From: Iphione sp. A-MEVVRFRX5
Lineage: Eukaryota
DNA: 64,000 bases
Reading direction: 5' to 3'
NCBI GenBank assembly: GCA_976226885.1
Contig: OZ320314.1
Span: forward strand, 61,256,001-61,320,000
Shown here: in pieces, positions 49,376 through 62,600 of the stretch
How the letters are laid out: every line of letters begins with the position of its first letter
Position numbering within the stretch: the stretch's first letter is position 1
Translations under genes and position numbers: made by a program
Notes under the pieces: generated by a model
What the model saw: the letters and a program-made list of their open reading frames with translations, nothing else
What the model was told of the DNA's origin: nothing
The model's database searches: none

Positions 49376-51505
49376 TTTACTGACCCTAATGTGACCAACG
49401 ATGAGACCATCGAGGATGCCACGGGCTCTACCACCACCAGCAATGCTATCTTTGCTCCTCCGCCTGCCCCAGTGTCTTGCCAGTTAGGCTCTGCTACAGG
49501 CCAGCAACTACCCTAGAACATTGAGCAGCGAGTGATCCAGGCCATCTTACAGGACATTAAGCAAGGATTTTTACAATGACATCATTTTGATGCTTTTCCT
49601 TAATTTCAGATATTAAAAGGCCAGTATGTTTCTAGTTATACCTGTGATATATGTATTCTATTCCAGATGTTGACTTTTGCCATGAAGGACTGTGATATAT
49701 AATGTGATATTAACTAAGATCACCTGTGATTACTCCAGCCTTGGAGTATTTATCCCCGGTGTTACATGTTATTTTTAAAATAATAATCCTACTTTTGTCG
49801 TCTTTTTATTGACCACTTGATTTTTTCACTGTTAAATATTTAATCCTTTTTTTATGAACACCAGTATATGATCTACATACGTTACAGACATTTATCCATT
49901 ATTAACCACTGAGGGACTGCAGAATCATTCATTGCCACACTGACATTGGCCACCTGATTGGTTGCCATACTTATTCAGTTTAACAACAGTGTAGTATATA
50001 AGGAGGAGTTGCAAACGGTTGTGTTCATTATCCAATCACCCGAAGAAGAGACCTACATGTGTCCGGAAAGCTTGTGATAATACAAAACGATACTAAGACA
50101 CTCCATGACATATTTTATTACTATTATCAGACCATGTATACTTTCCAAAATGCTCGGTAATGAAACAAACGAAATTACATATGGCAAACAACTTGTTAGC
50201 TAGACTTACTAACCCATATTAATCATATTAACTGACATTTGAGGCAGGCCATCTGGATAACAGCCCTTTGGGTCGATGATGAGTTCTGTTGAAAGTTAGA
50301 AAAAAAAATCTTTAACTACTGTTTATATAGTTGGAACTGTTGGACACTAAAGCCTAAGAAACCATTCGTCATGAGTTCCCAGCCTCTTTTATTCATTATT
50401 TAACTTTGAAATTGTCCACTTCCTTAGCTACACACTTTGCTTAATAGTGAAAAGTTTTTTTTCAATCAAAGACAAGTTAGAGACAGATAATGACTTAGCC
50501 TCCCAGGCCATGGTTTAACTGGACCGGCTGCCACATCTAATCTCAGCACACTTGAAAATGACAGCAGGCTACTAACACGAAGCAAAGCCAACCAGTCTCG
50601 ATGCTATNNNNNNNNNNNNNNNNNNNNNNNNNNNNNNNNNNNNNNNNNNNNNNNNNNNNNNNNNNNNNNNNNNNNNNNNNNNNNNNNNNNNNNNNNNNNN
50701 NNNNNNNNNNNNNNNNNNNNNNNNNNNNNNNNNNNNNNNNNNNNCCTGGATACTCAGTCCTGACTATACATTTTTCAAATGTAAAATGAAGGATTACAGC
50801 ATCGATGGGTAATTTGTAAGATATTAATATTCATAATGGGATCTAACTTCTTGCTGCTGTGTGTTCGTAAGAGGAGACTGTGTATATTTAAAAACTGTTT
50901 CTAATTTCTAGACAATTAATCTGAACTCTACTATAAGGTAGACAAGGGGTTGCTCATTGAGTGGGTGCCAGCAGGTTTTATCAAATTTCAAAGGATAATA
51001 TACCCCTAGAGTTGGTATTTGAAGAATACCAACGTTAGTACTTAGTAGAAGATGAATGCTGGCGATCTGAAAAATGTATAGAAAAATACACCAATTTCAC
51101 CTCTTGTCATTTGTAGACCTGAAAAAACTTCTACTATAACTTATCTCAATCATAAGCGTATAAAAATATTCTATATTCATGGTATGAGTACACTTTAGGG
51201 TCTGTATCATCTCTTATGGAAAAATGGTTTCTAAATCCATAGCCGACTGTACATGAATGCATGAGACATCTACACGAAGGGCCAACTCATCAGCTCAAGA
51301 AAAGTTCTGATAGAGCACGGCACCGACAGAAATCTGACATGTACAGATACATCGACATTAAGTCCTAGGAAGGAGTATTGACATTCATCCTTTTATTGTA
51401 TTATGAGTGATTTAAATTCTAGCATTATAGACCAACGTTGTTGAGTGACGCCCACTACTTCAAGTTAGCAGTTCATGGTCAGTTACACTGGGCTCACGTA
51501 CATAA

Positions 51506-51859
51506 GGCCAAAAGAAAAGGTTTGTTTCTGGTAACGGCAGCCAAAAACCTAGGTAGCGAGGGGGGGTATCTTTTTTTTTTTTTTTTAATTTTCTTTCAAC
51601 TTTCTTCCTGTTGTTTTCAATAATGATAAAGACAATTTTAAGAATTTTGACCAATTTGAATGAGTCTTACAGTTCTTTGCTGAATTTCCATGGATTTTTT
51701 TTGTTTTCTACTGAATTTACTAAAAACATATGCTTTGAAAACACGTATCTAAGGAGATTCAGCCTTGGAAACTCTTGGGGGCCAAAAAATTTTTAGGTAG
51801 GGTAAGGTTTTACTAGGTAGGGGGGGTTTACCAGAAATACACCTATTTTTTGGGGGGCC
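51506..51859. mobile_element. Harbinger-like MITE, copy 1
   Basis: TAA|GGCCAAAA...TTTCTGGTAAC ... TTACCAGAAA...GGCC|TAA. Closely similar along its length to 52340-52690. Confidence 0.7.
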
Positions 51860-52339
51860 TAACCAGTTATCCATTGGCTCACTCTATTTCATCTTAGAAG
51901 GGATACGGATGATATACTAACGTAATATATCCGTCTGTCTGTCTGTATCTGCCTATTTCCTTTTCCATTGGTTTGACATGAAAAGAAACAGAGATACCTA
52001 CAAGGTCAATCCCTTTTAGGTAAATCTTATTCTAACAACATGCTTCTTGACTGAAAACCATTTGTCTTAAAGGTGCCATGACTACTGCTGGAAAAGTACT
52101 ACATTTAGAAGAAAACTATACAGTACTTTATGTGATATTTTCCGTAAAATTCAATCAGAAGGAGTGCTCAAAGTAGAACGCAAAAGCCTAACTAGGAAAA
52201 GACACTGTTTGATTTTGAGTTCTGTCTGTGCTGATCCTGCGAATACATTATATATACATGTACCATTCAAATACATGCATGAACATGTATGTCATTTAAC
52301 ATGTATAATGACCTGTAATGTAGGTATGTATGTAGATCA

Positions 52340-52690
52340 GGCTAAAAAGAAAATAGGTGTGTTTCTGGTAATGTCCAGCCAAAAACCTAGGTAGGGAGGG
52401 GGGTATCTTTTGTTTAGATTTTTTTCCCCAGTTTCTTCCTCTGGTTTTCAATAATAATAAAGACAATATCAAGAATTTTGATCAATCTGTATAAGTTTTA
52501 CAGTTTCTTGATGAATTTCCATGGATTTTGTTGTTTTTCTACTGAATTTACCAAAAACATGTTGCATGAAAACACATATCTAAGGAAATTCAGCCTTTGA
52601 CACTCTTTGGGGCCAAAAAATTTTTAGGTAGGGTGAGGTTTTACTAGGCAGGGGTGGGTTACCAGAAACACACCCATTCTTTTTTTGGCC
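52340..52690. mobile_element. Harbinger-like MITE, copy 2 (same orientation, about 480 bp from copy 1)
   Basis: Colinear similarity to 51506-51859 with the same TIRs; TSD degenerate. Confidence 0.65.
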
Positions 52691-54143
52691 GCAGCTGCTA
52701 CAAAAGACTTCGATATAGTTTCAGAGAGTATGTGTTAAATCAAATGGAGCACGGTTCTCAACCATCTCAGATCATCCTGCTCAGACCCTTTTTTCATGCT
52801 GCTCAATAATAAACATGGAGACTGCTCGCAAAAGTTTCAAATACTGAAGGAACTCTCATTAACACTGGGAGCCAGCTGAGGCTAAAATATTTCCGTGCTG
52901 CAGTAATGTTTGCCAACACCAGAGGTCTTCTTGATGACCAGAGATAAACTCTACTTACTGCACACGCAATGGCAGCCTACATGAAGACGCGGCCCTTGGG
53001 TTTTGGTAGGACTGGTTATAATTTTTCCAATTAATTTTTTCAACTGAATTTTAGAACAGTACAGAGATGACTTCTTTACAAGACCATATCTATTTCAGGA
53101 TGAGACCCAAGAATTAGTTTTTTGTGCAGGCCTATTACACACAGACACACATACACTTGCTAACTGCAGCAGCATGCAGTGCACCTTCTCCACAACCGTA
53201 CAGCATTGTGTGTGACCTCAAAGCTCTCTTGAGGATGTCACTGTTGCCATCCAACTCGCCTCTCCAGTGTGTGAGTTGAGAGGTGGTGGTACTGTTGATG
53301 GTCGCTGCGAAGCAGGGCCACAAAGCTAACCCACCCTGTTCCCTCCCCGTATGGTGTGTCAATCATTCACAAACTCCTACCCTCAGAATATAGTCTATCT
53401 ACAGATCTGAAATGAAGGCCACGCTGGTGATAATCTCTCCTTAACTCTTCCCATCTCAGCCCTTCTTGAAACTTTGACATACAAGTCTCTGCACTAGCTC
53501 TCAGATCAAAGAATTGTGCGCACTACAGGCATGAGCCAATAGCCTCCAAAGACATAAAGGTCAGTTAAGACAATGGTAGATTTGAACTGACCTCCACTGA
53601 AAAAATATGTGTACTTGGATACTGTATTCGGTCCTGAGCCTGAAATCGATCAGTATACATTTCAAAATGCCCAGAGCAAACTGTTGGTGTGTTTATCTAA
53701 GACTTTGAGGCAGAATTTCCAAATATACACATTCACGGTGCTGGATATACAGGCATAACGTGCAGGACAAACCAGGACATCATGTATACAGATGCGTGGG
53801 CATGACAGCTAACTGCTGTCAAAGGGTTTTACCAGATACCAGTACGTAAATATAATAACGGTCAGCTACCAACAGTATCTACATGATTGCTGGAGGTCAT
53901 TAAATGCCACACAGCCTGGGCCACATATTACACTACATTCAGTAGAGTCTCTATTACCGACCATATCAATTTAGAACCAAAACATCTATTCCAACCATTT
54001 GACCTTGAAACAGAAATTCTTTCCATACTTATCCAATATGATAGGTTATCGATTACTAACCAAATCAATTTCCGACCATTCTCAGCCGCTGACCAAACAT
54101 CTTAGAAGGATCATTTTTATTATATTTTACCATCGATTACTGA

Positions 54144-54343
54144 CCAGGGACAACTGGGGGCATCGACAGTGACCACTCTGATGTCTCTGACAGCTCTGTT
54201 AATGATTGACAGTGTGGTAAGGGCAGACCGGGGGCATCAAGGGCGACCACTCTGATGTCCTTCACACCTGGGTTAACGGTTGAATGAGTGGCCAGAGCAG
54301 ACTGGGGCGTCAAGGGCAACCTCTCTGATGTCCTTCATACCCT
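54144..54343. repeat. ~74-bp tandem repeat, about 2.7 diverged copies
   Basis: GGGGCATC...CCACTCTGATGTC unit recurring at 73-74 bp spacing. Confidence 0.8.
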
Positions 54344-54630
54344 GAAATCAGTCTAAACCCACCCACTTGCGGTCTATACCTGCCAATTCACAGTCTATAT
54401 CCGCCGAAATTCAGCACTTTTTGCACTCTTACTTATTAAATTCAACACTTTTTGACCCAGACGCCTACAATATCAATTTCTGACTTACTATTCAGACCAT
54501 TTGAGCTTGGACCCAGCCACTGGTCGGAAATAGAGATTCAACTGTATCCAAAAGTGTGAATATGTGTACATGGAAAAGCCCATTAGAGGCTCTTACTTGA
54601 GGTGTTTATACATCCAATGGGTGACTCTTA

Positions 54631-55291
54631 GGCCCAGTTTCCATATGTATAGGATTTTTTTCCATACTCTGTGCTGGTGATGAAAACCAGCTGTTTCCCT
54701 GGACAAACATGGGCACCCCAGTTTCTATGTACACAGATGAGAGAGAGAGGGGGACAGAGAGAGAGAGAGAGTATGTATGTATACATGTAATGTATGTATT
54801 GTAATGTATGTACATGTACATGTATGTATATGTTTTTCATTGAGGTTGAGGCATATCAGTAGAAATTATACAGTTTATTCATGGAGGTCAAGGCATATCA
54901 GGAGAAATTGTAGTTTTTCATGGAGGTTGAGGCATATCAGTGGAAATTGCACAGTTTTTTCATGGAGGCTGAGGCATATTGGTAGAAATTGTGTGGTTTT
55001 ATGCAAATGATATGCAAATTAGAAAATATTTCATATCCTCTATCATGTGATAGACAGTGTCTATCCAGTTCAAATCATCCATCAACAAATGCTACTCTTC
55101 CATGCTCATCCATAATGTGAAAAAAACAAACAAACATTGCCCATTTTTAGTCTCTGGATTGCTCCAGACACAGAGCATGCAACACAGAGCACATACACAC
55201 GGAAACATGTTGAATGCCATAGGTTTGTTTTTCGCCAGATACACATATCTGTGGTGTAGATACAAAGTCTGGATACCACGGAAACCGGGCC
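54631..55291. mobile_element. Second copy of the Harbinger-like minisatellite MITE, opposite orientation
   Basis: TTA|GGCCCAGTTTCCATA ... GGAAACCGGGCC|TTA. Four 39-42-bp units at 54840-55000, followed by two ATGCAAAT octamers. Confidence 0.7.
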
Positions 55292-56888
55292 TTACGCCGA
55301 TCCTGGAATGCTATCAACTTTTATTTATGGACTAGATATCTGGGAATCTCACAGGACAGCGACATCCGAGTGACCATAGCTGACAGCGGAAATAATATGT
55401 GGAAAGTAGAACCATGTGTATGAGTAAGTTCAGATATGTTGCATGGTTAATTCTTGAGATCTCTGCGCAAAAGATACACACTGACACAGAAGTTCATTTT
55501 TGTTAAGATATATTAAAATTTGCACCAATTCAAGAGGTAATTCAAGAGGTACATGTATACTATATAGGATCCACCATGTTTCCAAGAAAATCCGACACTA
55601 TCATACAGAATCATAAACACATTCTCTTGTCCAGATACATGTGGTAAACACATGCTGTAAAACCTCCCCACGCATCAATAGTCAGGAAAATTCACATGTA
55701 CAGGAAACACTTGCAACGTTGCAACGAATTAAGATCAATACTACTACTAGTATGTAGTAGGCCTTTGGCTGATCATCCGTGAACTTCGGTACCCATAAAA
55801 TATAGTCTGTATTTGCACTACAAATCCGTATACATGTACATAATGCGGCACATGTTATGAAACAGTAGTATTTTATGCTTCACCAGATGCTATACGATTT
55901 GCCTACTGTTACTGGACGCTATAGCTAGTTGCTACGCTTTGACCGTCAGGTCCCTCACTCAGGCTGTGCTGTCGGACCGCTGACACAACTCGGGACTGAA
56001 TCATTGTGGCCCTTTCCCGCAAATACTCTCAGTAAATTTAGTCAGATATACAACTGCATATTACATGTCATATGGGATAATCCACTCCATCAATTCAAGT
56101 GATATGTGGATAAAGAAGGCTGCGTAGGTCCCTGCATGTTTCGTGTTTACTTTCGTTCGGCATCGTCCTAACCTCGGTACGTTGCCAAATGTCAGCATCC
56201 CAACCCTCACAAGAGTGCTGCGGGTGCTGCCGTAACCACGGTTGACGGCATTCTCCGCGCTGAATAACGCACCTAAAATATGTCACTTCCAGTAAAGGAT
56301 GACAAAATAAGCATAGGGAACCCACCTTGATGATCCTTCTTGTTGCTTATTTAGCAGAAGTGTTTACTTTCCACAAATGATATATTATGTTATCCCGTCC
56401 ACTGCCATCTTGAATATCCAATAACATCACCCTACCTCGTTCCCGTAACGAGAACGAGCGAGATTATTGATTTCTAGGATTTCCTGGCTAAAAGCGCCAA
56501 ATTTAAACACGGACTCAGAGCAAGCCAATGGAGTGGCTGTAAACCTGTAAGTGTCTTAATTGTACCCTTCCAGTCTGACATTGACTTGTATCGCAGCAAG
56601 GATAGTCTCCGGTACTACTAGGAGACTCTTTGTGGTGGCGCCGTGCGCCCGTGTGTGTGCACGTACGTGTGCGTGCGTGCGTTGGGAGGGGCTTGTGAGG
56701 ACGGAGGCGGGGGGATGGGCAGGATAGGGTCACGCCAGAGGGCGCGGCATCTACAGGTTCGTAACTAGACCCTGAGCCTGAGGGAGGGTACTTCGTGTCG
56801 TGTTTGGTTCAAGTGTGTAAAATAGAATACCACATTTGGTGGGAAATCCTCAAGATCTTTAAAAAACAACTCACAGTTTACGCAGATA

Positions 56889-57110
56889 CAGGGGGGACAC
56901 CTATTTTGGTGAAGCGTTATGGCTGCTGGTTAATTCTTGGTGAAGCGTTATTTGCCCTTCTAAATCATGGTGAAGCGTTATTTAGCTATTTCTGGTGATT
57001 GGGGGTCCATAAATCATTTCTTGGTGAAGCGTTATATAGCTATTCTTTAGGCGTTATGAGTGTTTCAAATTCTTGGTGAAGCGTTATTGGGTACCCCCTG
57101 TCTCCCCCTG
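56889..57110. mobile_element. CAGGG...CCCTG MITE, shorter copy
   Basis: CAGGGGGG/CCCCCTG ends and five GGTGAAGCGTTAT units. Flanks share GCAGAT. Confidence 0.55.
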
Positions 57111-59334
57111 TGCAGATGGTCAGAGTTCCTTGTGATCAGCACAAAAATCCTGCAGTTCACACAAATTTGGTTGGATCAGCACAAAACTTGCAGTTTACAT
57201 GTACACAGATTTGGTTGGAATTCCCATCAGACCAGATACTGACAGTATCTGCACACACATACATACACACAGAGTTCCAGACAGAGAAAGCATCATATAC
57301 ATGTACATGGATGGACCATAACGCTGTCCATGTGTGTCCAGAAAAGTCAGGAAAATGTACCCAGTTTCACAGACTTCTCCAGACAGGGAGGAAAAATCCA
57401 GGTAGGCCTATGGAAACCCAGCCTGAAAGTTCTTTTGAACTGATTTGTTTGGTCATACATCATTAATAATTGGTAACATTATTGCCTAAAGCTATCTAAT
57501 TTTCGAACCAAATATGGCAAGCCTATCGATTTTTACATAACCATTTACATAGATAGGCCTATAAGCTGTGTCCTGCATGTCCAGTCCCTGCACTTCCACA
57601 ACAGACAGGTATGCATCATCATTCTTAAAAACATAGAGAAAGGGGTATTTTCGTTCTCCTCTTCATATGTCTACAATCTTTTAGCAAAAGTGATGTTTTT
57701 CAGTGCTGGGTAGGCAAAGAAAAATTGGAACAAATTAGCACAAGTTTGTGGCAAGTATTTCAAGATTTAGAGAATCACATCAACTTGTGCAAAATCCTCT
57801 TTTGAAACTATGCAACAGTTGCCCCACACTGTTTTGGACACACACACACACACACACACAAAAAGGATCATTGTCTAACTTATGTTAGATAATGTAAAAT
57901 GTCTAATTTGCATGTCATTTTTATTTTTAAAAACTCAGATTACACAGATTTGGTCAGAATTCCTTGATATCTGCAGGAAAAAAACCTTTCAGTTGACACA
58001 GATTTGTTTGGAATTCCTTGAGATTAGCACAGATTAGCACAAAAACTCAGTATACAATGTACATAGATTGGTCGGAATTCCCTTGAGATCAGATACATAC
58101 ACACACAAAAATTTACATACACATAGAGGACAAGAAACGAGGTGGAAGCACACATCCTGCTAGCCTCCTGTCCCGTCCCCTCAATCACCATCAGCAGCCA
58201 CCACCACCTCTTTTCCAGACCAGTCCTTACATATGGAACAATCCTCCCTGTGACAGTCTGTGTCAACCGGAAAATCAACAAAATCTTCCAGACCATCCCA
58301 TATACATCCAGACACATGGTAACCCAGCTTAAGTGTCAACATATGTTGGCTAGATCTCTACACACACATTTCACTGTGGGGTATGTCTACATATTTCACG
58401 GTGAGTTTTGGGAATACACAAATATACATAAGTGTATCCATGTACACATGCAACATGTAGCATGTTTTTCTGGGCCTGATGCTGTGTTTAAGAATGGGAC
58501 ATGCCCATTCCGGTGTGAAAGTTGTTCATGTTTCTGGCATGTTTTGGGGGAATAGGCTTAGCAGCAGACGTGCAACAGAAAAACATGCTGCAAATACATG
58601 TTACGCCTTGTATACAGTGGTTATAGGATAAAAAAGGTGGTAATATTTCACGGTAGAAACATACGCCCATACATGGCAACATGAACACATGCATGCATGG
58701 AAATTAAGCCTTACATAATGTACAAATCAGGTATTTTATCAAATTATTTCCCCCAGCAGGTATCTACTTATCAACTTTAATGAAAGTGGGACATTTCATC
58801 ATCAAAAAAACATGTCAGCAAGAGAGGTGGAGATGGAAAATATGCTTGCAAAGGAGGGTAGGACAATATTTTGCATGGTTGACAAAATTTCATTGATTTT
58901 CATCTTTTAAAAAATCAGCATTTCCTTTAAAAAGGGTGTTTCTCAACTAAAAATCACTTGAAAGGGGGTAGTTTGGATACTAAAGAACACACATACGTCC
59001 TCTCTTTCATACAAGAGAACAGGGAACGGGCCTGCGTGCTGTCAGGTGATTTCTTCCAAAAGGTGCACAGTGGAATCCTCCTTTCCGGACATCTTTAATC
59101 AGTTTATTTCACATAATAGACAGTCCAGAGACAGAAACAAGTCCATAAATCCACATCTAAATGCTCTCGTTATTTCGGATATCCCTCTTTTTGTACAGAT
59201 TAATTCCTGCTGGTCCCTTTGCTGTTTGTATCAGAGAGAGATTCCACTGTACGTTCTTCGGGGATTCCCTACTCTCGCCTGCACCCTTTTTCCTTCTCAT
59301 TTTCCCAATCTCTCTGCCCACTCTCTCTTTCTCT

Positions 59335-59343
59335 CACCTTTTC

Positions 59344-59402
<59 letters not shown>
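59335..59402. repeat. (CT)n microsatellite
   Basis: Direct inspection. Other simple repeats at 581-624 (GACA), 1264-1292 (TA), 39175-39222 (GT) and 44534-44586 (GA). Confidence 0.9.
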
Positions 59403-59405
<3 letters not shown>

Positions 59406-60061
59406 ACATATTCTTATCTTGTTATCCCTTCCCTCCTCCGCTCTCTTCTCCTCATGGTTCCCCTCACCGTTAACTTGCTACGAATCTCACCACGTACCCC
59501 CCTCCCATTCTTCTTTGTCATATTTAACTACGGCTTATAATAGAGGTGACGATCTTTTCTAATCGGTGCCCACAGCCGACTGTCATGGTTCAGCTACATA
59601 CAGTACATACGTGAGTATCACGGCTCACTCCGTATGTGAGAGACAGACAGACAGGGAAAGAGAGGCAGAGATGAGTTACATATGTGAAAAATGTCCCAAA
59701 CTCGTCTTTTTTTAGACTCACATGCCTAAACACTATCTCAGACTTCGATTTTTTTTTTTTTACAAATTTTAGGCCACAATCAACCGTCAGAGCAACAGTT
59801 GTTAGCAGGAAAGGGGGTATATACAACAAAGGGAGGACCAAAACAACTGTGTTAAAACAAAGCTTGAACTGTGTGCAACAAGCACCTTTTATGTGGTGCA
59901 CACGCACACTGTGTAGAATAGGAAGTTGATAGCTTGGATAGCCTTTTTGTGTAATATTGAAGACTAATGTGTGAGAATGAGTCAATATAGTGATGCTTGA
60001 TATACGTTTCAATCATTCCATTTTAAACATGCACTTCAAGAAATCATGTTTACACCAAATG

Positions 60062-60406
60062 TCAAGTGCCGTGCCCTGCAATAACTAACAGAAGAAAGCA
60101 TATCATAGGTATCACGGCCTTGCCCCTGCCTCTGATGTCCTGAAACCATGCCATTAATGCCTGTTCACACTTAGACAGGCAGGGGGACAGTGTATGACAG
60201 AACTTGACCTCCTCAGATCCAAGGGATAACCAGTACATTGAATGCTTCAGGATGTTTGACATAGTCGACCTGGGTAGATCAAAGCCCCCTTGGATGAAAA
60301 TGAGTTAGTGTGAAAATGTGGGGTGTGCTGTTTTGCATTCTCAGAGTTCCTTCATCTGGGCATTGGTCATGCAGATTCTTTGTCTTTTCATTATTGGCTG
60401 AGACAT
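60062..60406 (-). pseudogene. pogo/Tigger (CENP-B-type HTH) transposase fossil
   Basis: One frame with two in-frame stops: MSQPIMKRQRICMTNAQMKEL*ECKTAHPTFSH*LIFIQGGFDLPRSTMSNILKHSMYWL...CEQALMAWFQDIRGRGKAV. Matches the two CENP-B/TIGD HTH patterns. Confidence 0.75.
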
Positions 60407-61189
60407 TATGGTTCCTCCAGTGCAAATGGTGAAAAATGCCTGGACAGTCTGGCTTATATTATCCTGTTGAGGCTGTAGTGACTTCAAGGCTTGACCAGAT
60501 AACAAAATGACTAGGGAAGGACTCACACAATGTGCAACCATCATTTGGCCCTCATAAACTTAATCTTTTGTTAGGGGAGGATGACAGGAGTTACTTTGTC
60601 TATGGATATCATTTAATTATGAAATACAACTCTATTTGCCACTGCCACTGCAGGCAGCCTGTGTTGTCTGAGCAACTTAGCCATCATTGCAGTCACTTTA
60701 ATGCCAGGCTTATCACAGAGGTCCATCATTGTTGTCTTGACGCTTTGTAATTCCGACCTCATTAAGATGTTGACCAGACATCTGCGTCTGGATACCTTTG
60801 ATTATTTTATATGTAAATTAATTAAAAATGGCTTGAAATATGCTCTGGCTAGGGATATGGGGTCTCGATATGCAGTACAATTTATAATGAAAATGATTTC
60901 ATCCCTGTATTTTATTCCAGTTAGAGTGATTTTACAGTTATGGGGTCTCCAGATGCTGCTGTCTGACTTGAAACTGAAGAAAAGGAAATGTATTAAGAAC
61001 AAATGTTGCCTTATTTACATAAGAAACTTCCAAAAGGTGATATCAATGCCCTGGAAAAAGACATTCCACATAAATTATACAACTGCCAACAAATGACAAT
61101 GTCACTAGCACTGAACTATTTGATGTACTGTGTAAAAATCTTTCAATTATTATAGATACTCATATACCATATAGTAAACTCAAGGTCTC

Positions 61190-62600
61190 TGGCAACAACC
61201 ATAAATGGATCAATGCCACTACAATATCAATAAGGGATGAAAAGATTAGACCATTAATTTTATTATAGATAAGAAAAACGACAATTTCTTAGATTGGCAG
61301 CATGCTAAGAAATACAGACTTAGTTTTAATAATCATCTAAAAGAAGCTGAGAAGAAATATGTCACCAAATTAATAGACAATAATATATCAAATCCCTGGA
61401 GTGTTAAATAGATGTAGGACCAATACCAAAGTAAAAGATTACAAAATAGACAGTATAGATATTGACAACGTCAAATATAATGATACTCTTACAATGGTTG
61501 AACAAATGAATGTATATTTCACTAACGTTGTAGGAAACCTCAGTAATACAATCCCATCGGTTAATACGTATAAGCCAAGGGACCTATCTGTACTCAAAAA
61601 CCAAATGTACTTCAGACTGACCACTGAAGATTCAATGGCAAAGATTATAGACAGTCTCAACACAAGGAAGTATATGGGATTCGACTATATGGATGTCTAT
61701 CTTTTCAAACAGCTGAAAACTGTATTAACTCCCATTGACACAAGAATCATTAACGCACTATTACATCGTCACAAATACCGGACTAAACAAAGATGGCCAC
61801 TATAACATCTATATATAAAGGAGGGAAGAAAAACATACCTGGATATATATAAAGGAGGACAGAAAGACTTACCTGGAAACTATCTCAATGTTAAACATAT
61901 ATCACAAAATTATACACTATCAAATGGTAAATTTCATCTGGAGAAATACAATCCTCTACAACCTACAAGGAGGATATAGAAACAGATACTCAACAACTGA
62001 CATGGTCTGCAATTTTATTGCTAAAGGAAATTTTGTTCTAACAATGTTTCTTGATCTAAAAAAGACTTTTGACACTGTACCTCATCCAATGTTGCTAAAA
62101 ACGTTGCAATCCTATGGTTTCAACAACAGTGCTTTTGAACGATGACAAAATTAACAAACAAAGAGGAAACAATGTACCAAACTGAATTGCAAAAAGCTCT
62201 AAGACAATGAAGGTTACAAGTGGTGTTCCTTAAGGTTCAATTTTAGGCTCGTTATTATATCAAAGATTAACCTAATAATCTGGCTAATTGTACCACATAC
62301 ATGTATGCTGACGACATGGCAATTATGGTCATCAAGCAAGATCCAAAAATGGCATATCACCTTATGAACCAAGCAATGTTTCCCCTAACAATATTCTGAA
62401 ATGATTATTTACATACGATAAGTATGCTTCAACAAAACATATGCACAAAGAGTTGGTATTATTAATAGTACACTGACAAATTGAACTGGATATGTTAATT
62501 GGAGGTTACAAAGGTGTGGAGAACCAACCCCCTAATTTTGAAAATGTAAAATATGTCAGGAGGAATATTGATGCATATACAAGACAAGGAACTCTTATAA
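61190..62600 (+). pseudogene. Degenerate non-LTR (CR1/L2-like) reverse transcriptase
   Basis: Fragments KWIN, NVYFTNV, GFDYMDV, QGGYRNRYSTTD, FLDLKKTFDTVPH, GVP*GSILG and YADD (62304-62315), with many stops and frameshifts. Confidence 0.85.
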
